Below, in pieces: positions 1-12,300 of a DNA stretch of 64,000 nucleotides (position 1 is the first letter of the stretch; the number at the start of each line of letters is the position of its first letter). This DNA comes from a virus. Under the pieces are notes generated by a model that ran no database searches, had not been told where the DNA came from, and worked only from the letters and a program-made list of their open reading frames with translations. The stretch is from the IMG/VR virus record IMGVR_UViG_3300048591_001244, positions 15,205 to 79,204 of that record. One strand, written 5' to 3'. A program made the translations under genes and the position numbers.

Positions 1-1
1 A

Positions 2-358
2 AACAAAAAACGTAAGTCGCCTTTCTACAACAAGATCATTAGGTCCCGTCATGGTAACAACGGCCACTGTTGTTCCGTCAACTAATTTAGCTCCCAATAC
101 GTTCTTGTCCAAAGTGAATTCTGTTCCGGAAGTTGACGGAAGCAATGATCCTCCACCATTATAAACACTAAAAGGCCCCAGAATAACACCATTGGACATT
201 TCAATACTTAACGTTGCTGCATCAAAATCCGAGAGTTCCGGATTAGGACTTCCATAGCCACCCGTATTATCAGGAGTTGAATAAACGCCCGTAGTATCTT
301 TTATTTTAAGTTCCGAGCACCCTAATGGGGTAAAATAAGCTTTAAAATTCAATGCCAT
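2..358 (-). CDS. Partial ORF running off the window (MALNFKAYFTPLGCSELKIKDTTGVYS...), probable virion/tail-associated protein
   Basis: ATG at 358 on minus strand, read by eye; DTTGxYxxxxNxGGYG start; co-oriented downstream of the virion RNAP. Confidence 0.55.
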   Translation of the reverse strand, partial: MALNFKAYFTPLGCSELKIKDTTGVYSTPDNTGGYGSPNPELSDFDAATLSIEMSNGVILGPFSVYNGGGSLLPSTSGTEFTLDKNVLGAKLVDGTTVAVVTMTGPNDLVVERRLTFFV

Positions 359-388
359 AACGTTGCTAAAATAAGTTATTTATAATTA

Positions 389-3300
389 CTATTTTTCTTC
401 CATGAACTTTTTTATCACTTTTTCCATTGGCAGAGTATTGACAACCATCATAGGAACCTTAGAATCTCCTTTTTTACCATATTTCGTGTCTTTCTCATAA
501 ACCAAAGGACCATAGAATCCATTTTCAGCCAATCCTTTCATCATTTTTAATGCATCAACAATGGTTGAGAAAACTGGCAGTCCACCCTGGAAGGTGTATA
601 TATAATTGTCAATGTCATAGACAACTGCAACATCACCCCACATACGATTTAAACTTGTATATGTTTCCTTATCATCATCGCCAAATCCGGCAATAAGCAT
701 AGATATCAAAAGCATCATTGTTGCCTCTCTTGCAAGCTTCCGAAGGTTCTCCTGATCCACTGGCTTGAGAGCATAGAACATCTTCTTTGCCTTTTCATGA
801 TCCTTTTCTTTTGCCAGAACCTCTAAGTACTTAAATGTTCCGCCACCTATATCTCCGACAGTTCGAACGATACCTTTGAGTTTTTTATCACTTGTTCCGG
901 CAAAGCGCTCTGACATGGCATGTACATCATAGATATCAAACATCCATGTTCGAAGTTGCATGATAGCCCGGCCCTCAGTAGTGGAAGCAGCAATCCTTTT
1001 TGCCAGACGGTGATACGAACCATGTATATCCTGAGCCTCACTGATAAGCTTGATAATCTGATCGGCTGTCATTCCTTTATGTCCATCTTTAACAGTTCCG
1101 TCATGTTTGTACGCATCCCATTGTTTTTGAGACATGCTACCGGCAATGGTCATAGAATGGTTAAAAAACTCAACAAATGCCGTTGGAGAGAATAAAAGTT
1201 GCTTTATAAATCCATAATTATCAGACGAATCTGCTGTTGTCCAGTCATGGTTGATTTCTAAGATTCTTTGCTGTTGCATGATATTGACGATCTTAGAATC
1301 CAAGAAAGCAGTTTTCCAATTTGTTCCTGGTTTAACACTTCCAAAGGTTCTCATTACTCCAATAAATGTTTTCCGGAAACCAAGATCCCTTACATTCTGA
1401 GTTATACCGCCGAATAAGTTCATCGTTGCGGCACCGAAATTCAAAGCCATAAATTTCAGCCCTGTATATTCAATCAGGAATTTTGTGACAATTTCAACAT
1501 TATGAGGTAATTTGCTCTCAGGCTTGATACCATACAACTGCCAATCATTCAGCTGCTTGATAAACCGAGCAACATTTTTTCCTTTAGCATTGTATGTTGT
1601 AGCATAGTTTTCAGTGAATTCCATCACTAAAAGATTGTCACCAAGAGCCCTGACAAAAGCACCTTGATGTAAAAAGTGCATTGCAGGGGTAAAAATATCG
1701 CGACTTCTTGTACCTGAATCCTCTTTATACAAACTATGGAACATAGATTTTGCATCAGTTCGTATAATAGGCTCATTAGCCGCATCCATTGGACTTGTGC
1801 TATCATACATCTTCCGGGCAGTTTCAGTAGCCTTACGCAAAGCTAAGTAGTATTGTCGCTTTGATTTTTTATCAGCACCACCAATTTTTTGCCTCTCCTT
1901 TAACGTTCTCTTATAATTTTTTAATGTTACCGGCTCGTCAAACTCAGGAACCATAATGTGAAGGCGATCGTATTTTGACTGGCCAAAAAACTGATGCATG
2001 AATGCAGTAAACCATCCCAGCTTTTTTGATAATTCAGTACCGGTTGCCTCAGCATAATTTACCTGGAACATTTTTTCTCCTGTTGCAATAACTTCCTTTG
2101 GAGCATAGTTATTTAACAGAGATGCATAAGTATCTGCAAACTCAATAATAGCCTTAGACTTTTCATCTGTCTTTCCTTTTAACTTTTGATAGTTTTCAGA
2201 AGCAGGATATCCCGGACCACTTGGATGAACAAAATAGAATACTGATGTATTTGTATCCATATCAGTCATCTCTTTCTTTGTAACTTTCAAATCCTTTAAT
2301 TTCTTATAAATAGGACTTAAAAGATGCTTGATTTCAGCCTGAGCATTATTGGCTTCAAATTCTGCGCGCTGGATAATCTGATTCCTCAAAGCAACAGCAG
2401 CACTGCCACTTTTTAAATGTGCCGCAAACGGAGCAATAACATTGTCCTTTCCAACCCAAGAATTATGTGTTGTCAAATCCTTCACATCTCTCGGATCAAA
2501 AATCTCATGGAGAGCCTTTATGAAAACTCTGTTCTTGTCATTTTTTGAATCAACTTCATTTTTTATTTCTTGAGTAAAAAGGTGTGCCGTAGCATACGAA
2601 GTAATGATAGTATCAACAGTATCAAAATATGCAAGGCTATCGCTTTTCATATTCATTCCACGACTGTTATACTTAGCCTTCAATCTGCTTAGATCATTGG
2701 CAATATCTACAGCTGCATCTTTGTCAAGAAGCTCTAATTTGCTTTCATCAGTATAACGATTAGAAAGAAGCTTTGCAGATTCAATCATATCACTCAAATA
2801 TTCTTGATATTCCTTTGTTACCTTTTTGGCAAGATTTTCATTTTCATCATTTTGAATCAAATCAATATACCTGATTCCAACCCTGTCTTTTGAAAAGGTA
2901 TCCTTATCTATCGGTCTTATCATTTGGAATCCTGGTTCCATCGCTCCTGCATATGGCACTCTTGCAAACTGTTCATTATAGACATAATCATTGTTTCCGG
3001 GAATAGGAGTAAACCCTGCAGCCATAATTTCAAATTCTTTCGAATCTGCCAGCTGAATTTGCTTTCCTGTAATCCTTTCTATTGCAGCCTGCCAAAAGTT
3101 TTGTGCTCCCCTACGAATGATCTCACTAAAGGCATTTCGGGTAATATCGGTATGCTCAATCTCAGAAAGACTCTTTATTTTATTCTCTCTCTTTTCATTG
3201 ATCTTTTTTATCAAATCATCAATTTTTTCCTGATGATCCTGAAAGACAGGACCGGTATTAGTCCTCTTCATGTAATTTAATGTGAGATTCCTAAAGTCCT

Positions 3301-6300
3301 GTTGAGCAAGTTCAGCATCTGTTCCTTTCCACATACGCTGAGCCATAATTTTAGCATAAAGGTCAGGAGAGGCATCTTTCCAGATCATTGCTCTCACCCT
3401 TGACCAAAAATGTTTCATCCAATTAGAAACCTTGTTAAACAATCCTTTGTTCTGAGATTCTAATTTTACTAATTCTGTTCCAGCCTTACCAATAGCATTT
3501 ACAGCCGCTTCCTCAGAGCCATAATGTGCAAGCAACTTCTTCTTTACAATATCACTATCAGGTAGCATAGCCCAGTAAATATGCGCGTGCTCATGGAATA
3601 TAGCTTCTTGGTGAGGCGTGTTAGGATTGATCCAATAGGCATCACCGATGGAAGCACCCCAGGCATTCATGTCAAGCTTCTTTCCCGGAGCGATGACATC
3701 AATGACTCTCTGGAACTCTTCTGCAGAGAAAGCCTTGACATGAGGGAATAGCTTAGCAAACTTTTTACGCATGATCTCTATCTGCTTAGGATCTGCAGAA
3801 GTGATAGGATCTTCATTCAGATTTTTTGGGCCAATTGTATCTTCAGGGAAATCAATTTGTGACTGTCCTGTAGTCGGTGGCGGTGGAAGATTTAAAATAG
3901 CATTAAGCTGAGCTTCCCAATTAGGATCAGCCATGTTTATAACAGGAATTCCTTTACGAGAAGCCATTTCATTTGAAGCTGGCCTATTTAAAAATGGAGA
4001 AGCACGCATAACCTCATTTGATAGATTTACTGATTTGTCCTTTTCATAATAGAAAATATCAACACTATTCCATTTGTATTGTATAGTCTCTTTTTTGCGC
4101 TCGAAAATATTATACTTTCCTTTTCTGTTTTCATCCTTGATCTTAACAAAATAAGGAAGTTCATTTATATTCTCTCCTGCCTTGTTCTTAACAACATATT
4201 TTCTGGAAGAAGGAATATCCTTTCCGTTGATAACAACTCCAGCATAAAGGGTGTCAAACTCAGGAATTAATTCAGGATTATTTATCAAGATATCCCTTGA
4301 AACACTTGTTGCTCCATTAGTAGAATTTAAAAATGAAAGACCTTCAAGTTTTGTCTTTACATCTTTCAATGTCTTGTATGGAAGTATCTCATAGAAAGAA
4401 CCTGACCATGGCGCACTTCTCCATCCAAATTCACTAACCAAATATTTAATCAGCATATTCAGATCAGAATCAGGAAGCTCCTTCATCTTGTCTTTCGCTA
4501 TTTTCGAGTAGCCAAAATCATCAACATTCTGTTTAGCCTCTTCACTAAGTTCAACTCTCTCATTGACCAGACTGAATGTTAAATATTTTTTCACAAAACT
4601 ATCTTCTGGAAACTTTTCAAGCCACTGAGCCACATCATCTTTTAAAGATTCTTTTGACTCTGTGACATTCATAGCTTGAAGCATCAAGAACTTATCAAAT
4701 TCATTGTAAATTAAATCATACTGATCTTTTTTTAAGTTTCTTATTCTTTCTTTCCATCCTTCTTCATTGTATGGATTATCAATCAATGACAGCTCTTTGG
4801 CAATTCTATATATCACATGCTGTCCAAAATTTGTTGAAATTGGGTGTGTAGCATAATAAGACCCTGAAATAGCCCTATTGATTTTTGCTCTCACAAAAGA
4901 ATCAGAATTGATCATCTCTTGAACCTGACTGTGATTGATAAAACGCAATGGCCTTGAGCCTTCCTTTGGAAACATAATCCGATCATAAGCATGCTTTCCT
5001 TCCATGTACTCTCCATAAGAAAGAGGTCCAGAGGTTGTAAGCTTTAATATCTTATTGATCATCTGTATCTCACTGGAAAGCTTATTCATGGCACTAAACA
5101 TTCTCACAATTTTAATCTGAGATGTTATTGAATCACTTTCCATATCATAATCATACAGATCTGGAAGTCTGTTCTTTTGTAAAACCCAAGCATTGCTATA
5201 AAATTCTTTTTGTTCTTCTGTTAATGACTCACCCATTGTTTTAGGAGAGATCATAGCAAGGACAATCTTATCATAAACATCATCACCGTTTCTTCGATTA
5301 CTGACTGAGGTAAAATGTTCATATAATTCAATGAACTTCTTCATTCCCGGAGTATGCATAAATGCAGTAAGACTATCTTCAATCTCAGCATCCAGTCCTA
5401 ATAAAGCATCATATTGTCCGGCAGTAGAAGAGAACTTATTCATCATTGACAGCGTACCATTTTTGACAGCATCGGCAGCATGATTCAAATGAGCGTTCAA
5501 TACAGAAAACAACTTTTCTTTTTCTCTTGATTCCAGCCTGTTCTTTTCTTCCGTATGAGCACGACCAAGCTGACGAACAAGAGCTTCATCTTTTACAAGT
5601 TTATTATCTTCATTGTAATAGAAATATTCACTTTCATCCTCTTGATTCTTTTCAATCTCTACATAATAGTTCTTCCCTTTAAACTCAAAAGAATTTATTG
5701 TGTCCTTATCAACTGTTCTACCCCATCCGGTTAATAGGAATGGAATCTTTTCCCATGTTCTTGACTCAGTATTGAATTTGGGGAAACGAATCTGAGTAGA
5801 TAAGTTAATATCATTTGAAGCTAAATTATAAACAACCTTCAGTGCAGAAGCAGTAATTGATATGACATCCTGAGAATCTAAGTTAGCTCGAACCATCTTA
5901 TTCCAGCTACTCGGCATCAACGGATCAAGATTCTTTCCTTCATCATAATACGTTTCCAGATATTCTTTCTTCTCTGCAATAGTCGTCTGCTCAGTAATAC
6001 GATTGAACATATGAGGATCTTCATACGTTTCTTTCATCATTTCAAAGATGCTGTTCATCCGGGACTCATAACTAGAATCCCCTGCAGGAACTTCTTTTCC
6101 TGCCTTGTTCTTATATGGAGCCCAAAGGAATACTGTATCACCATCATGGTCTGATCCGGAATAAACCTGAATTGCGCCATCGGTAACAATAGTATTTTTC
6201 ATTGTCGGCGGTAAAAACCCTGCAACTTTAACATAAGAGAAGGAATTCAAATCACCGGTAGGTACGCGAATAATAAATAATCCTTCACCTTCTTCAAAGC

Positions 6301-9300
6301 CATTAGGGTTTTCATCAGACTTCATTGCCGAAGCAGGAAGGTAAACAACAGGACTCTGTACCTCATTTTTCTCTTTGTCAAGCTTGATATGACCTAAATT
6401 CTGTCCTATTACCTTTCCATGAACATACTGAGCCTTTAGTACAACAAAGTCAAGGAGTTTTTTTCTTACCGCGTTCTTCCAGTACTTGTTTACAATTCCA
6501 CGAACAATAGGATCCTGCATTGTTATTACAGACTGCTTGTTCATTTCTTTCAAGGCCATAACATCATCACTCTTTGGATTGATAGTCATGAGCCATTTTA
6601 TAATATCTTCCCCGCTCTTATTTAATACCTCTTGAATTTCTTTTTCTTTTATTAAAGAAGCTTCAGAGAATAATTTATCAATCGCTGCTTTATGCTTTGT
6701 AGACTTTAAAATGTTCAATATCTGAGTAGGAAGGGAACCAAGATTTAACAGACCTTCATTTGTAAGATCAAGTATGACACGGAAATCATCATTCTCAATG
6801 TCTATGTATTTTGGTGCCTCTTTACCAAAGTCAACTTCTTTAATATCCGGACCGCTGGTAGTCCATTTCCAGTCATTGACATTTTCCTCTCCTGTTATTT
6901 TTGTTCCTGACTTAAATGCAATCCTGTCAATTCCATGTTCTTTAGCATACTCAACAATCTTTTTTGCCATTGGATTCTGTGCATAAAAGATCTTTCCTTC
7001 CTCAGTATGTAAATGAGGATACACAACATCATTAGCTTTTATTAAATGCTCTGAGCCATTGATATGAGTATATGTGAATGCTTTGATAACGCCTGAGTAC
7101 ATTCCACCGGAACTTATTTCAATCTGGTCATTGAACCAAGGCATCATAATATCACCGCCATCAGGAAGCTCAACTTCCTTGTTCCATACTCCAATGTCAA
7201 TAAAGACCTTTGGATCATTAACAATCATCACCCTGTGCGTTTTACCTATTCCTCCAGGTAATCCTTGCAATAAAGTAAGTCCCATACCATGTATCTTCCT
7301 TTTGATAGACATGGCATATGAAAGCTCCCGATCATTCTTACCTCTGAAATACTGATCAGTGTGATACTTGTTGTAAATGTGATTGTAAACAAATTCTTCG
7401 GCAAATTCTCTTGAAGATACTCCGGGATCTGTCATGAACTTTTTGGCAACAAAATTTTCAATCTTTTTTTGCCACATTCCAACTTCCTTGTTAATAGCTT
7501 CAGAAGACTGTTTTGCAGTAGTCTTATTTCTTTTGGCGTGTAACTTGCGTATGCTGTCCTTCTGAGCAGTGGTAAGATTTCTTAACCTCTCAACAGGGAT
7601 CATAATCTTAGTGGAGCTATCGGCCTGCTGATCCATTGTAAAAAGATAATTACCCTTTCCTGCCATATGTTCTTTATCAGAATGCATAAAATTGGCAATG
7701 AGCATAATGTCAAAATCAGTACTGTTTAACTTTGACCTCTCTTCTGCAATATTGGTATCAGTATTTTTTACTCCATCAAGCTTAAAGAATTTAATGGAAT
7801 CTTTAAACTTTTGGAACCACGGATTATCCTTGTACAGTTTTCTTATATCTTCACGCTTAGCTCTTTTTCCCTGATTTGTAAGAAAGCTATCATATTCTGT
7901 AGAATCCTGATTCTTACCGGTAGCAGTAGTAAACCGTTTGGCAACACCAAGATTTACTGAATATTCAGCAAAGTGCCTTGAGATTGTATCAAGCTGAGAT
8001 CCCTTCTCTCCAACTCCTTCATAATAATCTTTTATTGCCTTTGTACTTGTTAAAGCCCTTATGCGACGAAGTTGGTGATAAGATATTTCAGTAGCGTTGT
8101 CTGCTGTTGGAAAAGCTGTCTTTCCTCCAAATGACTGACCATTTATAATTCTATTAGCCAAAAATCTTTCATATGTTTCAAAGCCTTCTTTCTTTGAATA
8201 GTATCTTAAAAAAGCTTCCCACTGACCTCTGTTTTTATGCTGATCAATACCGGTTATCCTCTTCGCTGTTTCTATATCTGCATTGATAAGATCAGCAACG
8301 AAAGAAGATCTGGTAAGAGCATCAATCAAATCTTCCTTTTTTGCAGCCCAGTCAATACCTGTTACATCAGACTTCTTATTTAATTTGCTGATAACATATT
8401 GCCAATTAAAATGCGTTTTAGCATTTGCTCCGAATTCTTTTTTCAGCAGTTCAATTAAATCCTTGTTTTCTTCTCGAATGAATTTGTCAAGAGCAATTAA
8501 AATCTTAACTTTCTTTTCGTCATTATTTTGAAGAATAGAACGTATTTCAGTTATACTTATGGAAGCAAGTTTTTTTGCAAGGGACTCTCTGTTCTCTCTT
8601 TTAATCTGTGGCTTAGTGTACCTTGCATTTGATTGTAATGGAACAAATGGCCCTTCATTAGAATTAATGTATAGCAGGTTTACAAAGCGCTGAGAGCTTT
8701 TGTAATGGTTTCTCAAGCGAACAAATCGGTTAAAGTGAAAATCATCTTGGTCTCCATTTCTCCAAACTTCTGCCATTTCTCGAACAGGAAAGAAGTCAAT
8801 AAAATACTGCTTGACATCAATTTCATCATCAGGCATCTGATCGACAAGATCTTCTGCCATCTCCATCAATTCATTCCTGGTATATTCACCAACATAAGGA
8901 AGGCTTGTGTTACTATTTATAAATAAACCATATAGCTTCTTTTCATTTTCTGCAAATCGATCTTCAGAATCTGAAAGATTGGCCATCTTTGCAGCTTCAA
9001 TTTCATCACTCCAACGTGCCTGAAGAACAGGATCATTATTAACATATTCAGCAATGATAGGATTTCTGATTTCTGTTTTTGAACCATACAAAGCTTTCAA
9101 GCTTATTGTCAAATCAGCTTCTTCTCCTATTGTAAGTTCTTTTCCTGTTTCTTCCCTGTGAAGTTTCTTTGCTTCTATGATAACCCGATCAATTGCATCA
9201 TCGGCAAGTTCAAGCCTTCTCTCTTCTGTAATTTCAATGTTCTTGCTTTTAAGAATACGTAATCCTTTTAGGTAAAGATTATAAGTAAGGTCTAAGAGGG

Positions 9301-12300
9301 CTTTCCATGTGGCAAGACCAACAATTTTAATTACAGCTTGCGGATTATAAAAAAAACCAAGATCTCCGCGGCTCTTTTTAATATTTTTTGCAAGTGAATC
9401 GCTTACTTTTTTTCTTTCTGCATTTATCTTATTAAGAAACGGATCATTCTGTTCTTCTTCAGAAGGCTTCTCAGCTTTGAATTCTGTATCAGGAGTAATT
9501 TTAAATGGATCTTCTGAAACTTCTGTTTTCTCAGGCTCATTTTTAGGCATATGAGAAAAATCAAAATCTCCTATGTTGTTTTCTTGATATCCGGCTTCTT
9601 CTGGACTAAGCTCTCCAAGAATTGACTGTTCAGAATTGCCTCCTTCCTGTTCTTCTGAATAGAATTCATGACGAATTCTGCTGATTCTTTTTTGTTCTCT
9701 AATGGCTTCATTGGCTAATTGTTTTGTTAATTCAATTCCATATTTTGTATATATCTGATCTGAAATTATTTTTGCCGCCCCATAATTATCATGGTTATTT
9801 GAAAGACTATCTGTTGCCTTTCTTGATGGGTTGTCAAAAATAAAACGGATTAAATAATCTATTGTGTATTCAGGATATTTTACTTCAAGGTTTTCATCTT
9901 CAAATAAATCGATATTTGAATTGTCTACTTTTTTACTCCCATACTTATCAATAAGCTTTTCTTTAACCGATGAATACTTTTCAGATTCTGATTTTAATAT
10001 TACAAGATCTGACTTCTTCAAATTCTTTTCTAAAACCCAACGCTTTTTAAATTCACTAAATTCTATGGGGCTCATGTCTCTAATATAATTTAAGTCTCCA
10101 TGTCTTTGAAAACTTAAAATACTAAACGCAGGAGCATTTTCAGCTAAATAAAAATCAAGTCCTGTTTTTCTTCCAGACTCTACATTTTCTTGTTCTTTTT
10201 TAATATTTAGATATCCAATAATCCAATCGATTAAATTAGGACTTTTTATTGTAGATTCTGCAGAAGCTTCATGTGAACTGTTTTCTGGACGCTCAAATTG
10301 ATAAGATTCGTCATATTTTGCCCAGGCAATATTTTTTATTGCTTCGATTTCATAAATCTCTTTTAATGTATTATAAAGAGAACCCTTATCATATACATAT
10401 CCGCTTTTAAAATTTTTGAAAATGAGTTTTTCACTATTCCAGTAAGCTCCAAAGGCAACATTTTTGTGATATATTTTTACGTGATCTGTTTGAGATAATA
10501 CATTCAAATATTTATTTTTTAACTTTTCCTTTCTTTCCTTAAAGTTTTTTTTCTTTGGCTCGGATATTATTTTCGCTTCCTTTTTTTCTTGAGGTACAAC
10601 CGGTTCAGCTTTATCTTCTTTTTTCTCCGTCTCATTCTCTTGAAGTTTTAGTCCTAACTGATTTTTGAAGTAAGCAAGGTCATCACTGATGAAAGCACCG
10701 GACTTTTGCTCATGACGCTGATTGTAAAAAACCTTGCTATTTGTAACCTCTCCCTTGTTATTCAAAAGGTACAGGTATGACAAGCCCAGTTTTTTCTGAA
10801 CAGGTTTTTTTGTTCTCTCCGGAATAAACTCTCCTTGAGAATCTACAATATCAGAAGTGGCAAACAGATAATTGTTACCATGCTTATCTGTTAATTTATA
10901 TACTGGCAATGACTTAGAGTGAGCAAGTGTTAATGTTGTATTTCCTTCTTTGTCTGTAACCTTTATCTCTCCCCCTGGAATCTCTAACATTCCATTGACA
11001 ATTTTCAATGGTGCTTTTTTAACAGTTTCCTTTGAAGGGATTTCAAGATTTAATGAAGGATCAGGCTTTGCAGTTTTATTTATTCCAAAGAATTTGAGAA
11101 TTTTTTCTTTGGTGTTAAGCTTTTTGGAAACCTGACTTAATGATGTTTTATGTTTTTTAGGATCAAACAATCGAGCGGCACGATGCTGTTTGGTCATATG
11201 AGTAACCTCAGTATCATCTGTCTCTTTTTCTATTTCTTCTATTTTTGAATCTCTTTCTTTCTGAATTTTTTCCAACTCTTCATCATGAGCAAAGACAGAG
11301 ATGGCACCTTCGTCATAATCCTTTTTAAGCTTAGCGATTTTAACTTCAGCTGTATCACGAGCTAATTTTTTACGATCGTTTATATCGTCCTCTTTTGTCT
11401 GCTTAGGAGCAGGCTTTTCGTCATTCAGTTCAGCATTGATCTGATCAAGAACATCTTTTTCATCTTGCACCTTTCTCTGTTGAATATCAGAAACGCGTTT
11501 TATTTCCGCTTCATAGTCTTCATTACTAATAGGTGTACCTTCTTGCTGACGTTTTTCTGCATGTCTTTTAATTCCTTCAAGAACTTTCTTTCTGGTATTT
11601 TCAGCTTCAGTTACCTTTATCTCCTGTAAGTTTTTTGCTCGAACAAGTTCTTCTTTACGTACAGCTTTTTTAGCTTCTTCATCTTCACCCTTGACCTCAA
11701 AAGTTAAATCATCAGAAATGGTAAATGGCTTTTCTTCTGGCTCTCCTTCTTTTATTACCTCAGAAGTAGCCGCCGGGGTTTCCGAAGTTGTTACAGGTCC
11801 CTTAGTTTCTGCTTCTGACGAAACTGCTTGCTCTTCAGATTTAGATTCTTCCTTCTTTTCTTCAGTAGGTTTGGTAGCTTTGGCAACAATACCATCAATT
11901 TTCTTCTGCCAATGTTTAACTTGATCCTCATAAGCTTTTATTTTTGCAGAAGTATATGGATTGGCAACTTCATTTGCTGACAACTCTTCAACTTTTGCTT
12001 TCGCTGAATTTTGATTCCACAGAGCTTCAAAAAACTCTGCTTTATCTTCCGTCTGAATTTTTAAATCATCCTTTTTTATCTCGTCATGATATTGCTTATA
12101 GAATCTTATTTTGTTTACAGCATTATTGTACTGCTCGTCAGTAAGCCTACCTTGATCATGTACTTTTTTAAGCTGACTTTCTAATAAAGCTTCATTGCCC
12201 GTTTCTATGTGACGATAGATCTCTTCATTTTGACTACGCTCTCTTTGAGGAGAAACAGTTCCACCAAAAGCACCACCCATAAATCCACCTAAGATGCTCT